Virus record (IMG/VR): IMGVR_UViG_3300013767_000193
Span: 50 to 64,049 of that record
DNA: 64,000 bases
Direction: 5' to 3' (one strand)
Source of the DNA: a virus
The position numbers were made by a program, and so were the translations under genes. Positions 37,197 through 47,415 of the stretch are shown here, in pieces (the first letter of the stretch is position 1; each line of letters begins with the position of its first letter). Under the pieces are notes generated by a model. It did no database searches. It saw only the letters and a program-made list of their open reading frames with translations, and had not been told where the DNA came from.

Positions 37197-37534
37197 TGGA
37201 TTGGCGAACGGTGGAGGTGCTCGGTTACGCGCACTTCACCGGCAAGGGATACCGCATCCTGGTATCCCTTGTTGACAACAACGGCTACGACTTCGTGGCC
37301 GAGCGGGGCGGGCAGTTCGTCCGCGTGAATGTGAAGTTGGCAGGGTTTTCGAACGGCGGCTGGCGCATTTCGTTGTCGGGTAGACGCAGGCGCGACCGCC
37401 CCACGGTGGGGGAGGTGGATGTGTACCTCGCGTACGTGCCGACCCTGCAGCGGTTCATTGAACTACCCGGCGACTTCCTCCAGCACGGAAAGTCGCGCCG
37501 AATACCGAGTGCATTGCTGAACGGAGCACCCTGA
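37196..37534 (+). CDS. PD-(D/E)XK endonuclease, homing-type family-like
   Basis: GYDFVAE...RVNVK, VDVYLAY; 112 aa. Confidence 0.65.
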   Translation: MDWRTVEVLGYAHFTGKGYRILVSLVDNNGYDFVAERGGQFVRVNVKLAGFSNGGWRISLSGRRRRDRPTVGEVDVYLAYVPTLQRFIELPGDFLQHGKSRRIPSALLNGAP

Positions 37535-38223
37535 TGGGCCTGATCACCGGGACACAAGTCATCAACAAAGCGGCAACCCAGCTCCTGGATGCTGCCAATA
37601 CCCGCTGGACCCGGTCGGAGCTGATGGGGTGGATGAGCGACGGGCAGCGCCAGATCGTTCAGATCCAGCCCAACGCCAGTGCTACCACCATCGCCTTTCC
37701 GCTCGTCGTTGGCACCCGGCAGATACTGCCCGCCGATGGTTACCTGCTGCTCGACCTCTACCGGAACATGGGCGCCAACGGCACCACCCCGGGTCGCGCG
37801 CTGCGCGTGGTCTCGCGTTCGGTGCTCGACGGGCAGAACCCCAACTGGCACACCGACACCGCGTCGAACATCCAGAAGAACTTCGTCTACGACATGCAGG
37901 AGCCCCGCTCGTTCTACGTGTGGCCTCCCTCGGACGGCACCAACCAGGTTGAGCTGTGCTACTCGCGCACGCCGGCCGAGATCACCGACGAGACCCAGCC
38001 GCTACTGATTGGCGACGTGCTGCAGACCGCGCTGCTGGACTACGTGCTCTTTCGCGCGAACTCCAAGGACGCCGAGTATGCGCCGGGGGTTGAGCTGGCG
38101 AAGATGTACCAGGAATCGTTCGCGCAGGCCATGGGCAAGGTGGCGGTGCTGGAAGAAACGAACAACCCGAACCAGACGCTGGGTGGCAGGAACGCCCAGC
38201 CGATGCCAGGAGCTAACTCGTGA
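37534..38223 (+). CDS. Head-tail adaptor-like protein (DUF6682-like)
   Basis: RWTRSELMGWMSDGQR, FYVWP, LLDYVLFRA. Confidence 0.7.
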   Translation: MGLITGTQVINKAATQLLDAANTRWTRSELMGWMSDGQRQIVQIQPNASATTIAFPLVVGTRQILPADGYLLLDLYRNMGANGTTPGRALRVVSRSVLDGQNPNWHTDTASNIQKNFVYDMQEPRSFYVWPPSDGTNQVELCYSRTPAEITDETQPLLIGDVLQTALLDYVLFRANSKDAEYAPGVELAKMYQESFAQAMGKVAVLEETNNPNQTLGGRNAQPMPGANS

Positions 38224-38882
38224 GCGAAACCTACGGCTTCACGGTCCCATATGACAATTTTCTGCCGGAGGTCCTGCCATTCGTGCCGGATGTGCCGGAA
38301 TTCGTGGCCATCAACTCCGTGCGCAACGCCTGCATCGAGTTCTGCAAGAAGACCCGGTTTCTCCAGGCGGATGCGGATCCGCAGACCGGCGTGAACAACG
38401 TGGCGAGCTACCTCGTCGAGACCCCGCCGAACACTGAGTTCGTGGACGTGATCCAAGCCTGGTACAACAACGTGCTGCTGATCCCGAAGTCCCCGGATGA
38501 GCTCTCGCGCATCTACCGCTCGTTGGATTGGCGCACGCTGCAGGGCAACCCGGCGTACATCACGCGGTTGATTGTGCCGGAGGTGATCCTGGTGCCGTAT
38601 CCGGTGCTGACGCTGCCGAACGCCCTGACCATGCGGATCGCTGTCGCCCCCACGCGGGCCTCGACCACCGTCGACAGCAGCCTGTTCGAGCACTACCTGG
38701 AAGAGATCGCCCACGGCGCCAAGGCCCGCCTCTACGGCACCCCCGGTCAGCCGTACTCCGACCCGGCCGCCGCGCTGCAGATGCAGGCGCGCTTCCGGCT
38801 GGACATCGCCGACGCCCGCCGCAAGGTCGAGAAGGGCTTGGGTCGCGCCAGCACGCGCATTGAATTCCAGGGGTGGGTATGA
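38220..38882 (+). CDS. Tail adaptor/tubular protein A-like
   Basis: VRNACIEFCKKT, IAHGAKARL; position. Confidence 0.7.
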   Translation: MSETYGFTVPYDNFLPEVLPFVPDVPEFVAINSVRNACIEFCKKTRFLQADADPQTGVNNVASYLVETPPNTEFVDVIQAWYNNVLLIPKSPDELSRIYRSLDWRTLQGNPAYITRLIVPEVILVPYPVLTLPNALTMRIAVAPTRASTTVDSSLFEHYLEEIAHGAKARLYGTPGQPYSDPAAALQMQARFRLDIADARRKVEKGLGRASTRIEFQGWV

Positions 38883-39226
38883 CCATTGCAACGATTGACC
38901 TGGTGGCCGGCGACAATCTGCCGTTCATCCCCCTGCAGATCACGGACGCGGCCACGAACCTGCCGATTGATCTGTCTCCAACCGGCACAGCCGCAGTGAT
39001 GAAGATGTACCCGGTTGGTGGCATCGCCGCCGGCACCGCGCCCCTGGCGACGGTCAACTGTGTGTACGTCACGACCGGCACGGACGGCAAGATCATGTTC
39101 AACTTCCCAGGCACCACGCTGCAGGTTCCGGCCGGGGTGTACGAAGGCCAGATCGTGGTGACGTTCGGCTCTGGCAACAAGCAGACCGTCAATGACCTGC
39201 TCAAGTTCCGGGTGCGCGCGGGATGA
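38879..39226 (+). CDS. BppU-like Ig-fold virion protein
   Basis: GDNLP...GVYEGQI...QTV pattern. Confidence 0.6.
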   Translation: MTIATIDLVAGDNLPFIPLQITDAATNLPIDLSPTGTAAVMKMYPVGGIAAGTAPLATVNCVYVTTGTDGKIMFNFPGTTLQVPAGVYEGQIVVTFGSGNKQTVNDLLKFRVRAG

Positions 39227-39447
39227 CCCTCCAGGCGTCGATCCTCATGGCCACGCTCCTCGAAGTCGAGGAGATTCAGCTCGTCCCGGTGGGGACGGGC
39301 CAGTACGGCATGGCAGCGACGGCGGCGCCGGCGGGGATTCTCGCCAGTACTTGGCAGCTCGACTATGTGACCCAACAGGACTTCATCTATCGCGCGGTGC
39401 TGCACGACCTGATCAATACCGTGATGCCGGCCCCCGGATACTGGTGA
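39223..39447 (+). CDS. Small hypothetical protein
   Basis: 74 aa, coupled start. Confidence 0.55.
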   Translation: MTLQASILMATLLEVEEIQLVPVGTGQYGMAATAAPAGILASTWQLDYVTQQDFIYRAVLHDLINTVMPAPGYW

Positions 39448-39457
39448 GCACATACCT

Positions 39458-41938
39458 ATGACATCGTTAGCAGATAGCATTTCTGAGTTCCAGGCCGACG
39501 TCGGGTTGGCGCATTCCATCGTCAACGGGGACGCCAACACCACGGTGACCACCGCCGGAGGCTCGGTGCGCTCGTTCGCCAAGCTGCAAGCGGACAACCA
39601 GACGATCATCAACAACGTCCAGACCCAGGCGAACAACGCCTCGGCCTCGGCCGCCAGCGCGCAGTCCAGCGCCAGCGCCTCGGCGACCTCGGCCGCCAGC
39701 GCGCAGACGAGCGCCACCGCCGCGCAGAACGCCGCCAACTCGGTCACTCCGCTCAACGCGGAGCTGCAGCTCACCACCACCGGTGGCACGACCACGCTGA
39801 CCACCGCGCAGGCGGCCAACGGGATCTACCAGGTCAGCGGAGCCCTGGCGTCCAACGCGATCATCCTGGTGCCGGCCACGCCGCACAACTTCACGGTGCA
39901 GAACCTCACCACCGGGCCCTACACGCTCACCGTGCAGGCGCAGGGGCAGACGCCCACGGCGCAGGTGATCCAGGGCAAGGCCACGGCGATGTTCAGTGAT
40001 GCTACCGGGGTCTATGCGGTGGCGGCCACGACGGGCGTGCAGTTCGCCGGGCAGAACACCTACAACGGCGCGCAGACGCTGGGCATTGCGCACCTGGGGA
40101 CCATCGTTTACCAGACGGCGGTGGGCGTGACCACCACGCTGCCGAAGGCCAATATCTTCCCGGCTGCGGCCGGTGTGGCCATCAAGAACACCTCGACCGG
40201 GGCGAACTCGATTGCCGTGCAGAGCGGCGACACGTGCGAGCTGGCGGTGCCGTATTCCCTGGCGCAGAACGACGTGTTCTTCCTAGTCTCGGACGGCGTC
40301 TCGAAGTGGACCGTGGGCTGGTACGCGAACGCGGAGAACCCGGTCTACAGCGGCAAGATCACGACGAAGTCCGGCGGGGTGCAGTTCCCCGACAGCACGG
40401 TGCAGACTACGGCCAACAGCACCACGCAGCCGGCCTCACAGTGGTACGCGGTCGGCGCGACCGACACCGTGGGCTCGTTTGCGAATGGGGACACGGCGCT
40501 GCGCACCAGTGGCTTCACCTCCCCGTTCGTGACGGTGTGGAAGAACGGCCTGAAGCTCACGCGCGGCCAGCACTACACCCTGAACGCGGACAACGTACAC
40601 ATCAACCTGACAGCAGCGTTGACCTCAACGGACACGCTGGAAGTGCAGACCCAGGGGGTGTACAACCCGTCGAGCACGTACCTGCCGTCGATGCCCGCCT
40701 TCGTGCCCACCGCCGGCGCGACGACGATTGCCTATGCCCACACGGTGGGCTTCGCCTGGCTGATGTTGAGCGGGGTGTTCCTGCAGCCCGGCGTGGACTA
40801 CACGGAAGACGCGACGGCGTTTTATCTGCAGGGGTTCAGCGCCGATGGCGTCGAGACCTACACGGTCTTCAACCTGAATGCGATTGGCATCGCCAACGCC
40901 CTCGCCGCGGCGAACCCGGTCATCACGAGCGGCCCGCTGCAGTTCGCCGATGGCTCCCAGCAGGGCCTGGCCGCGCCCGGGCGCAACAAGCTCATCAATG
41001 GGAACTTCGACCTCTGGCAGCGCGGTACGTCGCTGGCCGCGGCGGCTGGTTACTATTATCTGGCAGACCGATGGCAGTCTATTTCGGTCGGCACCACCAT
41101 CGCACCATCGCAGCAGGCGTTCACGCTAGGGCAGACCGCGGTGCCCGGCGAGCCGAGGTATTTCCATCGCTCTGTGGTGGCCTCGGTGGCAGCGGCCGGA
41201 AACTATGCGCTACTGATTCAGCGCATCGAGGGCGTTCGCACACTGGCTGGGCAGCAGGGCGTCCTGTCGTTCTGGGCCAAGGCCGATGCGAGCAAGAACA
41301 TATCGGTGGAGATGGTACAGAACTTCGGCACCGGGGGCAGCCCATCCGCCACGGTGAACGGCATTGGCGTCACGACCTGTGCGCTGACGGCCAACTGGCA
41401 GCAGTTCAAGGTGCCGGTGACATTACCGTCCATCGCCGCTAATCAAATTGGCACCAACGGCGACGATAGCCTGGGCATGTTTTTCTGGTTTGACGCGGGC
41501 AGCAGCTTCAACGCCCTCACCAACAGCCTCGGCCAGCAGAGTGGCACCTTCGACATCGCCCGCGTCCAATTCGAGCCCGGCGCGGTGGCCACCCCGTTCG
41601 AGGTGCGCCCGCTCGGCACCGAGCTGGCACTGGCACAGCGGTATTGCGTGGTCTACGGGCCGAGCACGTTTGTGGGCACAGGTGTTGTGATGGGGAACAC
41701 GCAGGCGTATATCACCTTCGGCACGCCAGTGCCCATGCGCGCCACCCCCACGGTCTCCAATAGCGGCACGGTGTCGCTGTACACGGCGGCCACATCCATC
41801 TCGGTGACCTCATTCAGCACGGTCTACGGCAACCTGCCAGTCTCGGCATCGGTCAACGTAGCCAGTGGCATGACCGCTGGGCAGGCGGCGTCGCTCTTCA
41901 CCAATGCCAACACCATCACCCTGAACGCGGAGCTATAA
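39458..41938 (+). CDS. Tail fibre/receptor-binding protein 1
   Basis: Ala/Ser repeats, beta-rich shaft, C-terminal NKLINGNFD...LALAQRY domain. Confidence 0.85.
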   Translation: MTSLADSISEFQADVGLAHSIVNGDANTTVTTAGGSVRSFAKLQADNQTIINNVQTQANNASASAASAQSSASASATSAASAQTSATAAQNAANSVTPLNAELQLTTTGGTTTLTTAQAANGIYQVSGALASNAIILVPATPHNFTVQNLTTGPYTLTVQAQGQTPTAQVIQGKATAMFSDATGVYAVAATTGVQFAGQNTYNGAQTLGIAHLGTIVYQTAVGVTTTLPKANIFPAAAGVAIKNTSTGANSIAVQSGDTCELAVPYSLAQNDVFFLVSDGVSKWTVGWYANAENPVYSGKITTKSGGVQFPDSTVQTTANSTTQPASQWYAVGATDTVGSFANGDTALRTSGFTSPFVTVWKNGLKLTRGQHYTLNADNVHINLTAALTSTDTLEVQTQGVYNPSSTYLPSMPAFVPTAGATTIAYAHTVGFAWLMLSGVFLQPGVDYTEDATAFYLQGFSADGVETYTVFNLNAIGIANALAAANPVITSGPLQFADGSQQGLAAPGRNKLINGNFDLWQRGTSLAAAAGYYYLADRWQSISVGTTIAPSQQAFTLGQTAVPGEPRYFHRSVVASVAAAGNYALLIQRIEGVRTLAGQQGVLSFWAKADASKNISVEMVQNFGTGGSPSATVNGIGVTTCALTANWQQFKVPVTLPSIAANQIGTNGDDSLGMFFWFDAGSSFNALTNSLGQQSGTFDIARVQFEPGAVATPFEVRPLGTELALAQRYCVVYGPSTFVGTGVVMGNTQAYITFGTPVPMRATPTVSNSGTVSLYTAATSISVTSFSTVYGNLPVSASVNVASGMTAGQAASLFTNANTITLNAEL

Positions 41939-41941
41939 CCC

Positions 41942-42940
41942 ATGTCCCAATCCAAAACCCTGGGTAAATTCGGCCAATCGTTGACAGTGGCGCAGGTTGG
42001 CTTCCGCAACAAGCTCATCAACGGGAACTTCGACTTTTGGCAGCGCGGTACATCGCTCGCGGCGGCAGCGGCCTTTCGGTATCTCGCAGATCGCTGGGTG
42101 TCCAATGCACTGGGCGCAACTGTCGCGTATTCCCAGGGCGTATTTGCCCTCGGGCAGACGGGGGTGCCGGGGGAACCAGCCTATGCCGCCGTGTTGACGA
42201 GTACTACGTCGTCCACCACGACGGATGCAGTGACCTTCGGCCAGCGGATTGAGGGAGCGCGTACTCTCGCAGGTCAGCAAGCAGTTCTGTCGTTCTGGGC
42301 CAAGGCCGATGCGAACCGCAACATTGCGGTGGAGTTCAACCAGAACTTCGGGTCTGGCGGTTCGCCGTCCACCAACGTAAATAGCATCGGAGTGACGACG
42401 TTGGCCTTGACTACCCAATATCAATTGTTCAAGGTCCCGGTGACATTACCGTCCATCGCCGGCAAGACGCTCGGCACCAACGGCGACGATAATTTAGAAA
42501 TCGATTTTTGGTTGAGCGCGGGCAGCAACTACGCTTCTCGCTCCAACTCGCTAGGTACGCAAGCTGGGCAATTCATTTTTGCCCGCGTGCAGCTTGAAGC
42601 AGGTAATGTGGCGACGCCCTTCGAGCAGCGACCGCTCGGTACTGAACTGGCACTGTGCCAGCGGTACTACGAGACCGCCGCGATTGCACCTTTGTTCATC
42701 AATTCCGTGACGCCGATTGGTATGATGTTCCCGATTTACTATCGGGCCACGAAGCGCACGGTCCCGACCGTGACTTTCACTGGAATTACCTACTACTCGA
42801 ATGGCACGCCTACTGCGATCTCCAGTGGCTACAACACGCAGTCTGCCGGTATTGACAGTGTTGCCCTCTACATCAACAGCGGCACCACCAACATGAACGG
42901 CTTGGCGGGTGGTACTTATATCGCCAACGCCGAAATATAA
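41942..42940 (+). CDS. Tail fibre/receptor-binding protein 2, paralog of the RBP1 C-terminus
   Basis: NKLINGNFDFWQRGT...LALCQRYY. Confidence 0.8.
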   Translation: MSQSKTLGKFGQSLTVAQVGFRNKLINGNFDFWQRGTSLAAAAAFRYLADRWVSNALGATVAYSQGVFALGQTGVPGEPAYAAVLTSTTSSTTTDAVTFGQRIEGARTLAGQQAVLSFWAKADANRNIAVEFNQNFGSGGSPSTNVNSIGVTTLALTTQYQLFKVPVTLPSIAGKTLGTNGDDNLEIDFWLSAGSNYASRSNSLGTQAGQFIFARVQLEAGNVATPFEQRPLGTELALCQRYYETAAIAPLFINSVTPIGMMFPIYYRATKRTVPTVTFTGITYYSNGTPTAISSGYNTQSAGIDSVALYINSGTTNMNGLAGGTYIANAEI

Positions 42941-42949
42941 GGAACAAAC

Positions 42950-43462
42950 ATGTACCAACTGCAACGCGACCAGAGCGGCAACCTCGCCAGCATCAAGCGC
43001 ATCGAAGATGGCGCCTGCATTCCGCTGACCGCCGGCAACAGCGACTACGCGGCCTATCTAGCCTGGGTAGCCGCCGGCAATACCGCGACCGAAGATCCGG
43101 CCTATACGCTGGCTGGCGCCCAAGCCACCAAGAACACACAGCTCAACGCCGCACGCCTGGCCGCGAATACCAGCACCTTCACGATTGGCAGTCAGGCGTT
43201 TGCCTGTGACGACCTGAGCCGCAGCGACATCGACGGCGTGAACGGCTACGTGGCCCTGTTCGCCGCGTTGCCACCGTCCTGGCCGGGCTACTGGAAGGCG
43301 GTGGATAACACCCAATACACGATTGCGACCGTCGCGGATTGGAAGACGTTCTACGCCGCGATGGTGTCCGCCGGCAACACCAACTTCGCCAAGTCGCAGA
43401 CACTCAAGGCCCAGGTGGCCGCGGCGACCACGATTGCCCAGGTCAACGCTATTCACTGGTAA
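42950..43462 (+). CDS. Tail fibre assembly-like protein (DUF4376-like C-terminus)
   Basis: IP....NSDY..YL.W N-terminus, IAQVNAIHW end. Confidence 0.7.
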   Translation: MYQLQRDQSGNLASIKRIEDGACIPLTAGNSDYAAYLAWVAAGNTATEDPAYTLAGAQATKNTQLNAARLAANTSTFTIGSQAFACDDLSRSDIDGVNGYVALFAALPPSWPGYWKAVDNTQYTIATVADWKTFYAAMVSAGNTNFAKSQTLKAQVAAATTIAQVNAIHW

Positions 43463-43469
43463 GGCGGAA

Positions 43470-43898
43470 ATGCTAAAAGCTGCTTTTTACAAGGGCACTC
43501 GCCCCGGCGCCGACGGCCTCTACAACCGCGGCGTGCGCTTCTGGTGCCAGGGGCCCTACTCGCATTGTGAGCTGGTGTTCTCGGACGGCATGGCCGCGAG
43601 CGCATCCTTTATGGATGGCGGCGTACGATTCAAGGCGATCACGTTCGACCCGGCCAACTGGGATCTTCTGGAGCTGCCCCGCGCCAACGAAGCCGCCGCG
43701 CGCACCTGGTTCACGGAGCACCTGGGCGCGGGATATGACATCGTGGGCAACTTGCGCTTCATTGTCTCGCCGCTGCCCGATGACCCGGCCAAGTTCTTTT
43801 GTAGTGAGGCCGTGCTGGCCGCGCTGGGCTTTGCCGAGCCGTGGCGCTTCTGCCCGAACGGCGCCTACGACATCCTCAAGACTGCGGAGGTTTCCTGA
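43470..43898 (+). CDS. Permuted papain-like (YiiX/YebB-type) protein
   Basis: YSHCELV...GYD...KFFCSEAV, His before Cys. Confidence 0.7.
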   Translation: MLKAAFYKGTRPGADGLYNRGVRFWCQGPYSHCELVFSDGMAASASFMDGGVRFKAITFDPANWDLLELPRANEAAARTWFTEHLGAGYDIVGNLRFIVSPLPDDPAKFFCSEAVLAALGFAEPWRFCPNGAYDILKTAEVS

Positions 43899-44452
43899 TG
43901 CCCCGGATCCGATATGGCTGCTTGACCGTGCTGAACTTGGTGTTCACGCTCTTCGCCTACCTAGGCTGTAATTGGTGGGTGCCACTTTTTGCCAGCGAGG
44001 ACGGCTGGCTCCCGAACTGGCTCACCTGGCTGCAGACCTTCGACGCCTCGCTCGACGCGGGCTGGCGCGATGGTTATTACAAGCGAGACACCGTCCCCTG
44101 GTGGGAGCGCCCGTTTGTGTACCTGGGCGGCACCCCCAGCCGGGCCAACCGTTACTGGATGCGCGTGCGCTGGCTCTACCGCAACGCAGCCTACGGCTTT
44201 TGCTACTGGCCGCTCGGCATCCCCTTCGTGGCCGAGGACTGGGTCGTGGATCGGTACACAGAGTACCCGGATGGCACACATGACTTCGAGGCCCACACCA
44301 AGGATGGGCGTCATTTCTGCGTGATGCTCGCCACCGGCCTGAAACTGGGCTGGAAAGCGTCCCACATGTGGACGGGCACCGGCTGGTCGACCACCCCCTG
44401 GGGCCCGGAGATGCGCATCCCGCTCTGTTTCACGCCGAGGGGCCTGCTGTGA
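43898..44452 (+). CDS. Trp-rich phage protein with N-terminal TM segment
   Basis: LPNWLTWLQTFD, WLYRNAAYGF. Confidence 0.7.
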   Translation: MPRIRYGCLTVLNLVFTLFAYLGCNWWVPLFASEDGWLPNWLTWLQTFDASLDAGWRDGYYKRDTVPWWERPFVYLGGTPSRANRYWMRVRWLYRNAAYGFCYWPLGIPFVAEDWVVDRYTEYPDGTHDFEAHTKDGRHFCVMLATGLKLGWKASHMWTGTGWSTTPWGPEMRIPLCFTPRGLL

Positions 44453-44523
44453 GGCGGACCCTACACAAGGCGCCGGCTCGCAGGTAAACTGTCAACACAT
44501 TGCCTACAAGGTGTTAGCGCATT

Positions 44524-45408
44524 ATGGGCGTAAAAGTCACCAACAACGCATCGACGCAGTTCGCGGCGTCGATCACCGCGACAGCCACGGTCTTCAGTGT
44601 CACGTCTGGCACCGGGGCGCTGTTCCCTGCGCTCGGCCCCTCGGACTGGTGCTGGCTGACGCTCACGGACGGCCTGAGCTCCCGCGAGGTGGTCAAGTGC
44701 ACCGCGATCAGCGGGGACTCGTTCACCATCATCCGCGGGCAGGATGGCACCACCGCCAAAGCCTGGGCCGCCGGCCAGACCGTCGAGCTGCGCCCCACCG
44801 CCGCGCTGTTCAATGACAAGCTGAGCGCCTCCGACGCGACGCTGACCTACCTGCCCCTCACCGGCGGCACGCTCACCGGCGCCCTGACGGTCAACGCCGC
44901 CGCGAGCGTATCCGGCAACGTGTCGGTAGGAGGCAACCTGAGCGTCACGGGCACGACGACGCTGACCTCCCGGCCGACCTGGGCAGGTTACACCCCCTGG
45001 GATAGCAACAACCTGGTCAACGTCTCCCAGCTTGCCAACAACCAGCTCTACGCCCGCGGCGACGCGGCGTACCTGTTCCACTGGAGCGGGCAAAGCGGCC
45101 AACCCCCTTGGCTATGGGGTGGTAGTGACGGCACGAACATGTATGTGTACAACCCGTCGAATTTCTCCGTCAACTACGCGACCAGCGCCGGTAACGCGAA
45201 CTACGCGACCAGTGCCGGCTCAGTGGGTGGCGTCAGTAACCCAGCCACCAATGGCGCCCGGGTCCAGCGAGACAGCGGCATCGTCGAGACGGGCGCGCTG
45301 GCGATTAACGGCATTGTGGACCTGTCCGCCCCCTACATGGCCATGGGTCTGCGCATGGACAGTGGTGGATCCGTGTATGTGCGCGGCACTCTGCTGAGGA
45401 ACCAATAA
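44524..45408 (+). CDS. Tail fibre-like protein 3
   Basis: REVVKCT...RGQDGTTA anchor, YLPLTGGTLTG, short beta repeats. Confidence 0.75.
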   Translation: MGVKVTNNASTQFAASITATATVFSVTSGTGALFPALGPSDWCWLTLTDGLSSREVVKCTAISGDSFTIIRGQDGTTAKAWAAGQTVELRPTAALFNDKLSASDATLTYLPLTGGTLTGALTVNAAASVSGNVSVGGNLSVTGTTTLTSRPTWAGYTPWDSNNLVNVSQLANNQLYARGDAAYLFHWSGQSGQPPWLWGGSDGTNMYVYNPSNFSVNYATSAGNANYATSAGSVGGVSNPATNGARVQRDSGIVETGALAINGIVDLSAPYMAMGLRMDSGGSVYVRGTLLRNQ

Positions 45409-45815
45409 TGCGATCCCATGATGAGCTGGCAAAGTGCCTGGAGATGATGTTCCCCGGCACCCGACACGGGATTGAGTTCCTGGTGGCACACCCCCTTGAC
45501 CCGAGCACTGGCAAGCAGACCGACGAGGCCTTCATCATGCGCTGGAGCCTGCCGGTCGAGCAGCCCACTGAGGCGCAGCTTGAGGCCGAGTGGATCATGC
45601 GGGCGCCAACGGTCCGCAGTGAGCTCGCCGCCCGGGACGTGCGCGGTCAGCGCAAGGGGTTGCTCGCCGACGCAGACATCCGGGTCGAGCATGCGATGGA
45701 TCGGGGCGACGCAGAGGCTGAGCGCGCCGCCAGAGTGTACCGACAGGCCCTGCGCGACGTCACTGGCCAGACCGGGTTCCCCTACCACATTGAGTGGCCG
45801 CAGCCGCCGCAATAA
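45408..45815 (+). CDS. Tail fibre assembly chaperone (XkdW/Tfa-like)
   Basis: YRQALRDVTGQTGFPYHIEWPQPP. Confidence 0.8.
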   Translation: MRSHDELAKCLEMMFPGTRHGIEFLVAHPLDPSTGKQTDEAFIMRWSLPVEQPTEAQLEAEWIMRAPTVRSELAARDVRGQRKGLLADADIRVEHAMDRGDAEAERAARVYRQALRDVTGQTGFPYHIEWPQPPQ

Positions 45816-45825
45816 GGAGCCGCCC

Positions 45826-46083
45826 TTGGACAACCTTTCGCAGTGGGGCTCTGTCATTGCTGGCTTGGCCATGTTTGTGGCGGGCGCGATGATGCGTGCC
45901 GCACAGAAGGACCGGCAGTCCATCGAGGACCTCAAGCGTGCGCACTTCGCGCTGCGCGAGGAGATCGCGGGGGACTACGTGAAGAAGGCGGAACTGAACA
46001 GCATGCACCTGATGCTGCGCCAGGACATCAAGGAGATGCTGGAGCAGCTCCGCGATGAGATGCGCGAGCTTAACCGTAAATAA
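45826..46083 (+). CDS. TM plus coiled-coil lysis-cassette protein (holin/antiholin-like)
   Basis: AAGGAG SD, TTG start, N-terminal TM segment. Confidence 0.55.
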   Translation: MDNLSQWGSVIAGLAMFVAGAMMRAAQKDRQSIEDLKRAHFALREEIAGDYVKKAELNSMHLMLRQDIKEMLEQLRDEMRELNRK

Positions 46084-46093
46084 AGGAGCCCAC

Positions 46094-46375
46094 ATGGCAA
46101 TGACCCTTGACGAATTCATTCTGAAGTCCGGCGGGGAGCTGGTCGGTGGCCGCATCGTGGTCGGCGTCCAAGGCGACCGTATCGTGGTCGGCGACGCCGA
46201 ACCGGTCTTCGTGCTGAACGAGGACGGCCAGGCCCTGCTGACCGAGTTGGAAGCCGGCGTAGCCGCCGAACCCGCCGTGGTTGACGTGGCCACCAACAAG
46301 CGCCGCAAGGCCGCCGGTGCCACCGGTCCCGCCACCCTGGCGCAAGCCACCCAGGACGCTGCCCCCGCCGCATGA
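46094..46375 (+). CDS. Hypothetical protein
   Basis: AAGGAG SD, 93 aa. Confidence 0.7.
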   Translation: MAMTLDEFILKSGGELVGGRIVVGVQGDRIVVGDAEPVFVLNEDGQALLTELEAGVAAEPAVVDVATNKRRKAAGATGPATLAQATQDAAPAA

Positions 46376-46848
46376 ACGACTACGCCCTGACGATCAACGA
46401 TCTGGTGATCACCCGGGACGCGGAGGGGTGCCGGCTGACGGCTTACCCGGATCCGGGCACGGGTGGGGCGCCTTGGACGTGCGGTTGGGGCACTACTGGC
46501 CCCGACGTTCGGCCCGGCACGGTATGGACGCAAGCCTACGCTGATTTCCGGCTCATGCAGGGCGTGTCGAAGGCCGCCGCCCGCGTGCGCGCCGCCGTGA
46601 AGATCGAGCTCACGCGCGAGGAGTTTATCGCGCTGACGGACTTCACCTACAACGTGGGGGCCGGCAATTTCGAGCACAGCACCCTGCTGGCCAAGCTGAA
46701 CGCCGGCGACATCGAGGGGGCAGCGCACGAGTTCCTCAAATGGGACAAGGCCGCCGGCCACGTTCTCGGCGGACTGCTCAAGCGCCGCCACGCCGAGATG
46801 GCTGAGTTCCTGCTTGGCGCAAATTTCACCGTGGGGGTCACACAATGA
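46372..46848 (+). CDS. Endolysin, GH24 lysozyme
   Basis: EGCRLTAYPD...WTCGWGTT, FTYNVG, GLLKRR. Confidence 0.93.
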   Translation: MNDYALTINDLVITRDAEGCRLTAYPDPGTGGAPWTCGWGTTGPDVRPGTVWTQAYADFRLMQGVSKAAARVRAAVKIELTREEFIALTDFTYNVGAGNFEHSTLLAKLNAGDIEGAAHEFLKWDKAAGHVLGGLLKRRHAEMAEFLLGANFTVGVTQ

Positions 46849-47414
46849 GCTGGACAGATGTTGCCAACGTGGTTGAGAAGCTGGCCCCGACCATGGCGTC
46901 CTGCTTTGGTGGCCCCCTGGCCGGCACGGCAGTGGCAGCCCTGGAGGGTGTCTTCGGCCTCGTGCCGAAGCCCGACCAGACCACCGACCAGCGCCAGGAC
47001 GTAGTGGCCGCGGCCCTCACTGGCGCGACCCCCGACCAGCTCGCCGCGGTCCGAAAGGCCGACGAAGACTTCCAGGCCCGCATGGCGGAGTTGGGGTTCA
47101 AGGACGCGGAGACACTCGCCTCGCTCACGGTGCAGGACCGTGAGTCCGCCCGCCAGATGCAGGTGTCCACCCGGAGCATGACCCAGCCCGCGCTGGCCTG
47201 GCTGGTCATCGCCGCCTCGCTCGCGCTGATGGGCGCGATTGTGCTTGGCGCCGTACACATGGGCGACCCGGTGACGGCCAACATGATCGGCAACATCACA
47301 GGCTACCTGTTCTCCGAATCGAAGGCCGTGCTGCAGTTCTATTTCGGCTCGTCGTCCGGCAGCGAGGAAAAGACGCGCCTGCTGGCCAAGGCCCAACCGA
47401 TAGACACGAACTGA
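46845..47414 (+). CDS. Holin-like protein with C-terminal TM segments
   Basis: DRESAR, two TM segments, FYFGSSSGS. Confidence 0.7.
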   Translation: MSWTDVANVVEKLAPTMASCFGGPLAGTAVAALEGVFGLVPKPDQTTDQRQDVVAAALTGATPDQLAAVRKADEDFQARMAELGFKDAETLASLTVQDRESARQMQVSTRSMTQPALAWLVIAASLALMGAIVLGAVHMGDPVTANMIGNITGYLFSESKAVLQFYFGSSSGSEEKTRLLAKAQPIDTN

Positions 47415-47415
47415 T

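Noticed and set aside
39458-42940. Diversity-generating retroelement
   Set aside because: No reverse transcriptase; differences are not adenine-specific and both copies are coding
45826-47414. Rz/Rz1 spanins
   Set aside because: No lipobox-bearing nested or adjacent ORF recognised in the lysis cassette
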